From contig MU271256.1 in the NCBI GenBank assembly GCA_021432655.1, positions 62,001-118,894 of the forward strand: 56,894 nt of DNA, read 5' to 3'. This stretch comes from Atractiella rhizophila (Eukaryota). Of the stretch, positions 11,947 to 24,198 are shown piece by piece. Position numbers and translations under genes: made by a program. The number at the start of each line of letters is the position of its first letter. Within the stretch, counting starts at the first letter, position 1. A model generated the notes under the pieces. The model was given only the letters and a program-made list of their open reading frames with translations, was not told where the DNA came from and did no database searches.

Positions 11947-12913
11947 GGAGTCAACAGGATGAGGGGTCGGTGACGGGACTGACCTCCAATCCAACATCAA
12001 GCTCCATATTCAGATTCATCATCGATATTCAAACGATAATTTCAGAAAGCAGAAGGCCACCAAGTTAGCCCATTTTGTGACCGCCATGTTGATGCAGATT
12101 CCAGTCTAAAATTGCACTCCCGCGATATTCCCTTCTGTGTAGGCTGACTGTGCTGCGTCCCCCAAAGAGAAGGGGATGCAGTGTTACGACCTACTCCATT
12201 GTGTCCATCCTCTTGCCCGAGAGAGTGATGGCTCCAGCGCAACTCTCGTTTCAATTTCCATTAGGTTTATTTTCCCTCCACTGGCAGAGAATACACATTC
12301 CTTCTTGCCCACCGATACCCTCCATTGATGTGAGTCAACCATAATCCTCTCCACCAAGGCCTATGCCAACTGAACATCGCATCGCTCTCCTCCATTCTTT
12401 GCTTTTTCTTAAAAGGTCAAGTCACAATCGTCGTAACTCTCCCAAACCCTTCCAACCACAAAGTTCAGTAGCAATAGTTTGGCTTCAACCCTGTTGCCTC
12501 ACCCATTCATCAAGAGTGCGACTAAGAGACTCTCTTGTGAAAACATCTCCTTCTAAGAGGTCATTCTCCAAGCGTAAACTAGCTGTGAAGCATACAGCAA
12601 GAAGAGGTATACACTGCAACTCCCGAATCCTGGCAGATCTGTCCGTGTTCCAAAGGTAATCCTTTGCGTTGTGGTGGCTACATGAAGCGCCAGAACATGC
12701 CGGCTCACGTAATGGTGTATAGGAGATCCAGGTTCGTTTGTCTCTCTTGTAACGTCAACAAATTCAAGTTGTCTTCAGCTGTAGAAACCAGGACGACGAA
12801 TGCGTCTGGGAAGGACCACACAGTGATGTAGAGGTACGCATAGAAGGACATCAGTTCCATCCTGACGGAATAGCGGGCCCACCAGGCTTCTTGCGACTAA
12901 TGGGTTCAATTCA
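11947..12913 (-). repeat. About 1-kb dispersed repeat, copy 1 (decayed membrane-protein-like sequence on minus)
   Basis: Collinear with 24199-25199 in the same orientation, with many substitutions and small indels. Confidence 0.85.
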
Positions 12914-13303
12914 TGAAACAACATCCAGAGCTCATGGGACTTCATCAGCAAATATTGGCAGCCACATTATGTGAGATCCATTTCTGATAGGTCTTAGAAG
13001 TAAATGAGGTTGCATTTTCCTTCAAACTACCAACTGCAAAAGTAGGAAGTTCTGGTTTAGGTGTAGCTCCACTCCGTTCCTCAAGAACAACCTCTCCAAA
13101 TCCACACCCTACCACCAGTGGAATAACTCTTCATACCAAGATTTCCATTTTCCTACCTCTATGTCAGGGCTGACACTCTATGAGGCTATTGAATAGGGAG
13201 GCTTGGTCATGCATCAACATTCAACAAGTCCAACAACCACCTTTTGACATGTCTTTCAGGCAAATTCTGTGTTATAACGTGCATCCCGGATGTGTGTTCT
13301 CCT

Positions 13304-15162
13304 TCCTACCTATTACGCTCTTATTCGGAGCAGAATAGAGCGTTGGGTTTTTTGGCATGAGTCATAAGACACACTTTTGAGCCCTCACACCTCCCACACC
13401 ATGCACAATAGATTGAAATGAATTATACCACCATAACCCATTTGCTTGCCTCTTTCTGAACCTGCAAGGAAAGTTTATTCTGAAAAGGTTGAAAAATTAT
13501 GTTTTGTGCTGGACTCGAACCCTTGAAAGCAAGAACATGTGTCCCGCAATCCTGCTGTAGCAGATGTGCCAGTATTGCCCTGCATGCAATTTTTTAAGTG
13601 TGGTTTGATCTTTTCTCAGGTTGTGTGCCAAAAGTTGGCTTTTGCCATTCATGAAGGAATGAAAAGCACTGACATGTAAATGAAATATAGCACTCACTAT
13701 GCCCTATCCTAAGCAAATCCTCCCTGGCATTCAGAGAGGTGTGCTGGGTTACCTCAGCGCTTTCAGCTTACACAACCCACGCCCCCTCAATATTTGACAC
13801 GTGAAATTCAGCAGTAGTAGCAAGCACATGCCCTGCAGAGGCAATGTCACCAGCCAAACCCAGAACCATTAGGCAGCAATGCAAATAGAGACTCATCTGA
13901 TGAAGACATTGAAGAAAACAACCTACACAATGCAACATATGTACCACTATCGGATGAGAGGCAACCCTGTCATCCTTTCACTGCATTCAACTTTGAGATG
14001 CAAGTGATGAAGAGGAAGGCCTGTAACTTTGAGAGTATAGATACTTGACTGTAAAGCCTTGCTAAACATTCTCATTGTCATCCATCAAACAATCAGCACT
14101 GAGATAAATTCGTTTCTGTCAGGAGATAAATCTTCGGATAAGCTGATCATTTACCAGGTCGACATCAACATTTCAGGCAGCGATGGCCATGCACTCTTAG
14201 AAGTATTACCTCAGCTGCTGAAGGAGGGTTGTCATAAGCTGGCAGGACCACCTTTTCATGGAGACAGCAATAAGAAAATTCTGGTCTTTGTTTGGAGCTG
14301 ACGTCCTTTCGTCTAGCCAACGAAATGCATCACAGTGTAAGCAGAAGACAGTGTTCTGGCTGGAAAGTTTCAAAGCTTCACCAGTATGTGGAGAATCGGA
14401 GCTCCTATCATCCTTATTCAAAAGCTCAACCCTTCTTGCTGGGCTCTGTAATGGTACACGTTTGATCGTCATCCAGCTGATCTCTAATGTCATCCTGGTG
14501 ACAATTGTCACAAGTGCATTCACAGGCAACTCAGTTCTCATTCCACGCATTGCTTTGGATAGTAAAGTCTCTAATTCATTTCCCTTTGTCCTTCACCAGT
14601 TTTGGTCAGTCGGCTTCATCTGGGTAATTGAATTTCAGAAATGTGGTCTCCCTCACGCTTACAACCTCGTCATCCTCAATCCTGAAGATACCATCAGGGA
14701 TGTTGAGGCAATCGACAGCATAGTGTCTGCTGAATTGCCTGACAAGGATATGGGCCCTGAATCGTTTGAGATTGTCTGCAATCATACCGCTGCATGGACC
14801 CTGTGGAGATATCAACCCAGATGTATGATAGATGATCCTAAAAATCCTGGAAGAAAGATCTGTGGCAAAGGGTTTCCGAAGCCATTCGTAGAAGAAACAG
14901 GCATCAATGAGGATGGCTATCGCACCTACCATCGCCGTAACAATGGACGTACCTTTCAGAAATCACAGAATGGATTTATTTACAACAATCGTTGGGTCGT
15001 ACCATTTAATGCTTATGTCCTTCCGCGCTTTAGAGCTCATATCATTGTGGAACTCTGTATCTCCACCAGATCAATCAAGTACCTCTTCAAATACATCTAC
15101 AAAGGAAATGATCGGGCACAAGCTATCCTTCATAGTGTCTGAGGTGATGCGAGGGTGAGGCA
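13304..15162 (+). mobile_element. Helitron H1, left part: 5' region, Pif1 helicase C-terminal fragment fused to a Rep fragment
   Basis: 5' region matches H2; GLCNGTRLIV...VLIPRI (Pif1) followed by IEFQKCGLPHAY and KYLFKYIYKG (Rep). Confidence 0.85.
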
Positions 15163-15510
15163 TGATATGACATAAAGACTAACCTGTAGTGGAGATAAGC
15201 CTAAGAGAATACTCTAAGGTCACCTCCACTACTCTCTGATCTATGTATACAAGCAGAATAACACTACCACAGAGTGTAGAGGAGAGGAGATGAAACATGT
15301 AAGAGAACTAAAAGGGGGAAGTGACAGTGGGATTACGTGGAGTTAATAAGAGGAGAATAGACACAAATGAGCTAAGTTGTGATGCAGGTGCAAATGGGCG
15401 ACGGGTTATGCAGAGTGGCGAATGGGCGCGATTGCAGGGAACACAAATGGGCGATAGGAGATGCAATCCGGCGAACTGGCGCCGATTTGCGTAAGATTGC
15501 AAACCTGACA
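15163..15510 (-). repeat. Gypsy 3' LTR (348 bp, TG...CA)
   Basis: Minus strand TGTCAGGTTT...CATATCA; homologous to 21324-21663. Confidence 0.9.
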
Positions 15511-16646
15511 ACACCCCCCAGTTTCTGTGGTGCTTGCTGCAGGCAGAAACTTCTGCTTCGTGAGGTTTGTTAATTTTGCGAAAGTGCCTAAAGTACCAGC
15601 CGCCGCTCAGACAGAAATGAAATTGTCGGAGTAAAGAGACATTGTGTATCTCACAATTTGAGGAATTTTTTTCGAAGTTGACCAGGTGTTGTTTTGGTGT
15701 AATAAGTGTCCATCCTGCGAAAACGAGCTGGACGACTCACCAACAAACTGGTCGCCAATCTGTCCATTGAGGAACATACCGGCGCCTCGCCTAGACCATG
15801 TTCAACAATGTGACTAGGGATTCACCCAGCGAGGTGTGCAGAGGAGTAGGTCCTCTCAAAGTGAGGGGAGGGGACCTCACAATTGAGGCAATTTTTGTAA
15901 GTACGACATTGGTGATGGTGCGAGAACGCAATGAGCATTCGTCTTTGACAGGCAATGAATGGACTCACCAACGACTAAGTCGCCGACTTGCCCATTGAGG
16001 AGCAAGTTGGCGCCTTGCCTTGACCTAAGTACCAAAGACTAGGATTTCACCCGGCAAGGCATATAGGGGTGTTGGATCCCTTAAAGTAAGGAAGACCCTT
16101 CAGCGTGTTTTCGTTGAAGGTTATGAGAACGCGCATTTGGGTGATTTTTGGCTGAGTTTGGTATGGAATCAGGACGAACTGCAAGAGGTGTGCAGTGTGA
16201 TAGTCTTTTATAGCATCCTACGAATTTTCTAGATCTGTAATGCTGATCCACTCGTCCTCAGATGGTGAATACCCTTTGTATTGAACACGCTATTTGACAA
16301 CTCTATTTAGGGTACCGAACCATTTTCCATCAACAATTTTTCCACTTACCATTCTTCAATTCCATTCACCAATTCCGGAGGTGGTTTAGGCAACTAGACT
16401 CTGCCAGGGATGTCGTCTTGGTTGCCTTTTCGTATTAGGCCCACATGGAACACTGGATGTATCTTCCATGAGGATGGCAACTCAAGTTTAAGGTTGAGGG
16501 GACCCAAAACTTGCAAAAAGCAAAAGGGGCCATGCCATTTGTCATCCAACTTTTTGACAGGTCTCATTGATTTGATGTTTTTCGCGCTCAACCAGACGAA
16601 ATCGCCCGAAATGATATTCAGGCGTCGGTGTGCGTTTTCTGTCATA

Positions 16647-16979
16647 ATACGAATACTCTTCTATAATATAGTTTTTAGGAAGAATGCGATCTAGAACATC
16701 GTTTAACAGAATTTGATTTTTGTCCACTATTTTTTTTCATATGTTCTATATAATTTTCGTAAATTCTACAAATTTATGAGATAAATCTAAAATAATATTA
16801 TCGTATATACTTTGTATAATAATAATAAATGCACTTATTAAATATACAGCTGCAGAATATATCTGAATTATAAGCTATTAATTCTTTATGCTAATAATTC
16901 TTTTATGTTTGTAGGTGTAATATTATTTATATTGGCATAATTTATTGTTATAATAGATATAGTATAAACTAAAAAAATT
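16647..16979 (-). pseudogene. nad4: AT-rich mitochondrial-derived insert (nad4 fragment at about 16767-16979) within the Gypsy integrase
   Basis: Translates, with two frameshifts, to VYTISIITINYAN...TNIKELIAYNS.IYSAAVYLISAFIIIIQSIYDNIILDLSHKFV, collinear with the ND4 motif IKELIAYSSVSHAAVYLIGVFSNTIQGIEGGILLGLAHGFV (recalled). Confidence 0.75.
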
Positions 16980-19900
16980 GAAATGCTTTGCCAAGAGATC
17001 AGCTGCTGCTTGTACTTCCCGGTCAGCAATTTGCATCTTTTCGACAAATTGCGCTACTGCAGAACGTCCTTGTCAGAGAGGGGTTCAAAAACCATGCGGG
17101 GATGTTGACCGCAATCGAGCGAAAATGGAGTTATGCCCGTCGCTGAGCTGACACGATTGTTGAGCGTAAATTCTGCATTGGGAAGTCCTTCCATCCAATT
17201 ATCCTGAAGGTGGTTGCAGAAAATGCGCAAATATTGTTCAACCTCTTGGTTCATACGTTCAGTCTAACCATCACTTTGTGGATGATCGGCTGTCAATGGT
17301 GAACCTTTGATACCTTTGATACCTAATAGGCGAAAAAGCGCGGATATGAATTTGGACACAAACTCTTTGCCTCGATCGAAAATTGTGACATAGAAAAGTC
17401 CATGTAACTTTCATACCTGATCGCGAAAAAGCCTTTCAAGGCCTTCTGCATCCATCGTCAAATGGGTGGGGATAAGATGGATGCGTTTTGAGAGTCTGTC
17501 AACTATGACGAAAATTGTGTCGAACCCCGTAGATTCTGGGAGTGGTCCAACCAAGTCCATGCTGACAATTTGTCATCGACGTGTGGGAATGTCATTTGGT
17601 TGCAAAAACCCGACAGGCGGGGAACGAAATTTTTCGTTCTGTGGCAAGTGTGATAGGCGCGGACATAGCCGCGTACATAATGCACCAAACCTGGCCACCA
17701 GTAGTACCTTTTTACGAGAGCTGTCGTCAATTTTACACCTGGATGACCTGCGATTTGCGAATCGTGCAGGTCTTGCAAAATCGAGCCGCGAATTTCGTCA
17801 TCGCGGGAGTTTTCCGCGAAAATAGACAGCGCCATCGAGTCCTTGCAACTCTCGTCGGCAAATTGTGTCGACTGGTTCATCTAGGATCTCTCTCAAGGCC
17901 TTGACTACTTGTTCTTCCCGTTCAGGCACCTTTTTCACACGTTCCAGTATACTCAACTTCGACATGTGTCTTGTGAGCGCAATGGCGCTCCCAGTCGCGT
18001 TAATGGTGATACGATCCGTGTTGAAAAAACGTTCTGGGAGTAATACTACGTCGAAGTTGTCGTAAGTCACCGGTTAGTGATCCGGTCGCCGACTGAGTGC
18101 ATCTGGTTTTGCTGAGTTTCGTCCAGGACAGTGTAAAAGACTGAAGTTGAAAGATGCAAGTTTGGTGATCCAGCATGCTTGTCGCCGATTCAACTTTTGT
18201 GGCATTCTGAAATACTCAAGATTTTTGTGATCGGTCAAGATCAGAAACGGCTCATCAGTACCTTGAAGAAGGTCTCCATTCTTGCAGTCCACGCATTATC
18301 GAGAGCATTTCTTAGTCGTAGGTGTCATAGTTCCTCTGGGCAGCGTCAGGCGATTTTGACACGAAACCGAGAGGATGAAACTTCCCATCTGACTTCATTT
18401 GCGACAAAATGGCGCCTGTCACGAAATTTGACGCATCGACTTCAAGCAAAAATCGTCCTATTTGTTCAGGATGTGCCAAAATGGGTGCCAAAGTCATGAC
18501 CTGTTTCAAAGCGGTGAGCGAACGTTGCTGTTCTACCCCAAGACCCAGGAAACCTCCATTTTCGTCAGTTCATATAAAGGTTGTACGATGTGACTGCATC
18601 TATCGCAAAAGCGGCGATAGAAATTAGTGAAACCGAGGAACATTTGGACTTCCTTCATGTTTTTCGGTTCTGGCCAATCCATCACTCCCGCAACTTTACT
18701 GGATCTGGTTCGATCCCTCTGCTAGAAATGATCAAACCTAGATACTCCACCTCTTCTTGACACCAAACAAATTTTTGAAAATTTATATAAAGCCCATTTT
18801 GACGCAAAATTTGACAAACTTGTGGAACGCGTTCCCGGTGTTCTTCTTCAGTCTCTGTTGCAATCTGGATATTGTCGATGTATATGAAGATGAACGCAGC
18901 GGCGATCATCGCACGAAAAATAGAGTTCAGGAAAAACTGAAAAGTCGCCGGTGAGTTGCAGAGACCGAAATACATCACCAATGGTTCGAAAAGCCCGCAA
19001 TCTGTGCGAAATGCCGCTTTGTGCTCGTCTCCTTCTTTGATGCGAACGTTGTTGAAACCCTTTCTCAGGTTAATCTTGCTAAAAAATTTCTTACCAGAGA
19101 CCATGGAGAAAAGTTCAGCTTGGATAGGGAGTGGAGTTTTGTCCTTGATTGGGGCTTCATTCAACTTGCGATAGTCGAAAAGGGGACGAAGTTCAGGTGA
19201 GTCCTTTTTGTGTGTATAAAGACGGAAGCACCATGTTCACCTGTGCTGGGACATATACGACCGGCGCTCAGGTCAGCGTCAATGAATTGGTCGAGCGCCG
19301 CTTGTTCGTCTCTTTTCAAGGGGTAGATGGGACCAGCATATGGTTGAGCTTCTGGTTTGAGGTTGATAGCATGGTCCCAAGGTCATCGAGGAGGAGGAGA
19401 TGTTTTGAATTTTTCGTCATCGAAAATGTCTGCAAAGCGGTATTTCGACAACCTTCTTTGGTCTCATCACCGCTGCATCTTTCGCCAGTTTCTGCGATTT
19501 TATCATGGCGGCGTGTATTGAGGCAGAGGACGATAGAAGTTGGTCTCGTGTGGGAAACACATCAACCACATTGCAACCGGTGGGGCAACGAGAGAACTCA
19601 ACTTTCCCTGATGCCCAGTTAATCTCTGGGTTGTGGTGTCTTAGTCAGTCATGAAATAGAATCATGTTGACAGTCTGCAACTCCGCCACAGCGAATTGTC
19701 AAACTTCGTGATGGGCGGCCATTGAAATAGGTAAATAAGCGACAGAATGGATGGAACCCCCTGATTGAGATATCCGTTGATATTGTAAACGGGCACTGGG
19801 GAAGGGAGTTGAGTGATGGGTAGGTTGTATGCAGAAACGAGTTTTGGAGAATACAGGAAGTGGTTGCGCCGCTGTTGATGAGCGCCGATGTGGCGTGTTG

Positions 19901-21323
19901 CCGATGGGAATGTGGGTGATGAAAGGTGGTTCTGAGTTTCGTTTTCGAACTGACTAGGGATGCAGTTGTCGAACATAAGTGGAGTTTGTCGTACAATTTT
20001 GCGAAATCTGGGCATCTTTGTCTCCAAGATGGAAAACACAATTTTGGAAATGGGGAGTCATGTTCAGGAGAAGGGAAAGCTGCACAAAGCGGCGCTTTGT
20101 TGGAAGTGATTTTAGGTGACAAAAATGAATTGCAAGTCGGCGATGGGTGCACTCCTTTCACCCATCGCCGTCTCAAAAATCCTCATCCAGATCCGATGAT
20201 TGAGCGACGCTCGTTTTTGGCAACTGGTCAGTGATTGCGCAGATTGTCGCTCTTGTTCTACGAGATGAGTGAAAAATATTCTCCTTGTGCATGAAGGTAT
20301 TGCTCTTTGCTCATGGACATCTTGCATTCCTTCTCTCTGTGTCCGATTTTTTGGCATCTTCGACAACGAGGCAGTCTGAACTTCGTTGCGTCTACCTCCA
20401 TATCGTCGGGGTCTCAAGCTTCATGAGGTTGCGAAGCGGCGATTGGCGACAAAGCCGGGCTCGGTCGGTACAGAGAGGGTCCGCTGTTGTCCTTCTGTTT
20501 CATCGATTTTGAGCGGTCTTTCTTTGCTGAATATGTATTTTGGGTTCCACTCGTCGCCGATGAGATGCCCCGAAAGAAGCTGGAATGCACGAATTCGTCA
20601 GCGTTGATTCTCTGCATTTTTTCCTTCCACTCTTCAAGGGACTTGGAGAAATCACCTTGTGTCAAGGTGTAGGGCAGGATTGAGCCCTTGTTTGAAGAAT
20701 AATGTGAGCACCTCATCATCAAAGTCTGCACCTTTCAGAAGGGAACTGTCCTGGGATCGCAGACATGTAGAAGTAAATTTCGCGAAGAAAGGTCGGCGCC
20801 AAGCTAGGCACTCCTTTGAAGATAGAGGGTGGGGCGAGTCTAATTCCTGCATAAGGCGAACTTGTGCAGTTTGAGGTATAGAGAGAGGAGAGTAAGTTTG
20901 GGGTATTGGGTCTGTTCATGATAAAAAGGGGGAGGTGGTTCTCCTGTCTCCAGGAGGAGGCAGCCTGGAGTCCAGCAATGGTAAAATTCGGTCGTTTGTG
21001 TTTTGGATGTCGGACCTCAGTTGCGCAATTTCGTGCGCATTTTGGGAGGTTTGCGCATTTTGTTGGTTGAAACTTGATATGGGGTCTTATTCGCGTTTTT
21101 TGAACTGCTTTTTGGTTGTGAGGTGTAGAGTTTGGAACATCCTTTCTAAGTGATGGATGTGTTCTTCGCTCGTCGGCGATTCGCACGGTTCCATATCTCC
21201 CCAATCCTCGAACATTTTCTAAGTTTGGTTTTGAAAGGAAAGAGAGTATTCTTCTGTTAGGGCTGACACTATGTGCGGTCACCAACAGGCGATGTGTCTG
21301 TAGTAGAGATAAACCTAAGGGCA

Positions 21324-21663
21324 TGATATGACATGAAGACTAACCTGTAGTGGAGATAAACCTAAGAGAATACTCTAAGGTCACCTCCACTACTCTCTGA
21401 TCTATATATACAAGCGGAATAACACTGCCACAGAGTGTAGAGGAGAGGAGATGAAACATGTAAGAGAACTAAAAGGAGAAGTGACAGTGGGATTACGCGG
21501 AGTTAATAAGTGGAGAATAGACACAAATGAGCTAAGTGGTGATGCAGGTGCAAATGGGCGAACAGGCGACCGGGCGCCAATTTGCACTGCGTGCAAATAG
21601 ATAGGCGACGGGAGACGCAGAGTGGCAAACGGGGGCCGATTTGCGTAAGATGCAAACCTGATA
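21324..21663 (-). repeat. Gypsy 5' LTR (340 bp)
   Basis: Homologous to 15163-15510; terminal TG mutated to TA; TATATATA at about 21403-21410. Confidence 0.9.
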
Positions 21664-22675
21664 GTTATTTACTTGGCAGTACACCTCCCTGATCAATAGT
21701 CTGTGACCTTTAATCCTCAGGATGAGTCCTTGGGTGACTTCTTGGCAGGAACAACATTGCTAAAACAATGTTAACAGAGTTCTTCACTTACTGTTGGGAA
21801 AACCCCAACATTACTGAAGACCTTACCTATCCTAAGTGGCTGTTAGAAAGTGACGAAGAATGGGATTATTGTCTCAATGAAGCCAGCACCGTCAAGAATG
21901 GCTTCGCAATGCGATCTCTGTTTGTCTACATCCTGCTATTCGGAGTCGCCAGCAAACCCAGAAGATTATGGCACAGCCATCATGAGCAACCCAGTGACGA
22001 TTGTGAACACCTTCTATGGACAAAATATGGTGTAGACAATCCAATGAACGAGCAAATTATTAGCCTCTGTCTCCTCGAAATTGAAGACCTTCTCCAAGCT
22101 CATGGTAAATCCCTAAGTGACTTTGGACTACGGCAACCCGCAGAGCGACTAGAAAGTAGGGAGTTGAGACAAGGATGATCAACCACTACTTCATGCCCGT
22201 ATTCAGCCAGAGTTACCATTATTAAATCTGGACCAACATCATGCTTATGACACCGTTGTAGAAGCATGGCAAAGTGTAAATGTGGGATTATTTTATTGAC
22301 ATGCCAGGAGGGACTGGAAAGACTTTTGCTTGCCAGGGTATGTTCAGCTGGGAAAATTGCTCTGGTAGTGGCCTCTTCCAGGATTGCTGCTATTTTGCTG
22401 GAAGGTAGACGAACAGCCCATACTCGCTTCCAGATCCCATGGGACATTGAACTGTCTGCAGTGTTACAGCTCAAAGTGGTCACGGTCGACTTTGTCAAGA
22501 GGCAGAATAGATAATTTGGACGAGGTGGGAATGAGTCATCCATAGTGCTTTGAGGCAGTTGACTGGATGCTGAGAGATATACGTAAGGTGGTGGTAAGTG
22601 CAACAAGTCAAGAGTTCATCTCTGATAAATAGTTAAGGGATATATGACAATGCCTCTCAGTTATCCCCAAGCTTC
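21664..22675 (+). mobile_element. Helitron H1, right part: internally deleted Rep-helicase
   Basis: Aligns with H2 41281-42569 with deletions; MLTEFFTYC, IALVVASSRIAAILLEGRRTAHTRF. Confidence 0.9.
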
Positions 22676-24198
22676 ATTAGGTCAGTTGCATGTGGCAATA
22701 CACATGATTCAACAAACTTGCTCTCCGTCATCGGATGATTCAAATCTATCACTGCCCTAAAAGGATTTTGGGATCACGTACTCCCAAACCACTCATGGTT
22801 TTGGAGGGCATGCTCTTGCAAGGCTTCGGCAAGAGGCTGTACCCTCCGCCAGTCATTGCCAGTCAATTTTTCAGTGGCACCTGAATCGCCAGAGGGAACA
22901 GCCAACAACCACAGGATTTCTCCACCCCTTTCCTTTCTAACCTGTTCATTATCTCTTTTGATCAGTCTAAGTACGATCCTGGAATTTTGACAAAAGATGA
23001 ATGTGCATTCATTTCGTGGATGGTTTTAAGGACAAGGTTTCCAGTTATCTCTAGAATGGCTTGTTCTACCAGCTCATCTTTCTGCCTCACCTTTACTGGA
23101 TGTGGTGAAGAATGAGTGGACTGCATTGTATTGCAGGAGATGGGTACACACCTCTCTGTGCCATTTTTGAATCCAAGATCTTTTTCCAGCACCCTTGCCA
23201 TGAATACATATCCCACCTCTCTCTAATCTCACTCTCCGCCTCTGTGTTTCCCTCCCATTCCACTGACATTTCCTCTCCCTCCTGTACTAGAAAGAATTTT
23301 TGATTATAACAACTCCATCGATATTTGAGTATCAGAGGATGCAAGTTGTTTGAGGTTTTGTCTGTCCGGTTGCCCTGGCACCACTATGGAGAACAGTGGC
23401 GGTCCATGGTGGAAGCTCATGACCTGTATTGGTTCACAGTGTTGGGGAGGATGAGATAGATAGTTGTAGTTCAATGGTTATCTGTTGACTGTTTTCGTCA
23501 GGCCGTCTGCTGCAAGAACTGCTTCACATATGATATTATCCCAGCATCTGGAATCGATGGCCCTTCATATGTTTAGAGTCCTTGGGAAGACTGATAGAAC
23601 GTCCCAGGAAATTGCCGACTCGTTTACTTATCATACACCCTCTAAAGTTGCGATTCCCCGGGTCTTTCGAATTCTCTCCTTGCATCAGCAGGTTTGTTTG
23701 CTCCAGACGTCAGCTATCAGTTTACGATGTACCAACCTAGTGCAACAACCTACAGCCTATGCTTCTCAGCGAGGGGACTTGCCCTCACATTCTGCTGGGA
23801 CAAGGGAAAGTGCCGATTATGGAACCATAGTTGCACTCATTGTCTGTAGAGTTCGGATTGGGTTGAGGGCTGTGAGAAAATGTGAACCAATGTCACAAGC
23901 ACTGGTTAAGGCATCTTTGACTCAGATCCAGATGCTCACACTTCAACACTCCACCTCTCCATTCTTCCCTCCCTCCTAACGTGACCACCTGCTGAAAGTA
24001 CACCACCGTCTCACATTTGTCCTACTTTGTGATTTTGGCCAGCACTCATTGCTGCGGTGTTTGGCCTCTTTCGCACTTGATTCTCTCGACTGTGTTTAAC
24101 TGGTATAATCAATTTTCACATCATCCTCAATGACCTTGTGGTAGGCTGCATGGTTGGACAGCAAGCAGCTGTAACCCTCAATTCTAAAATCTTTAGAA

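Larger units (their letters stand above)
15163..21663 (-). mobile_element. Ty3/Gypsy chromovirus LTR retrotransposon, full length but decayed
   Basis: LTRs at both ends; gag-like region, protease ALINSGAT, RT (LRKGFNNVRI, MYFGLCNSPATFQ, YIDN), RNase H (EVDASNFVTGAILSQ, TDHKNLEYF), integrase (HDSQIAGHPG, IHPVFHV), chromodomain (VEKIVD...VQYKGYSPSEDEW) at about 16190-16390; PPT AAACTGGGGGGTGT next to the 3' LTR. Confidence 0.95.

Noticed and set aside
15744..15756. CAAACTGGTCGCC shared with the 1173 motif array
   Set aside because: Single short match not conserved in the second module; likely chance
16647..16979. RIP-degraded stretch of the Gypsy integrase
   Set aside because: The integrase reads through when the block is removed, so it is an insertion
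22960..23400. Possible CACTA/Plavaka transposase relic on minus
   Set aside because: Only vague motif resemblance across frameshifts; cannot support a call
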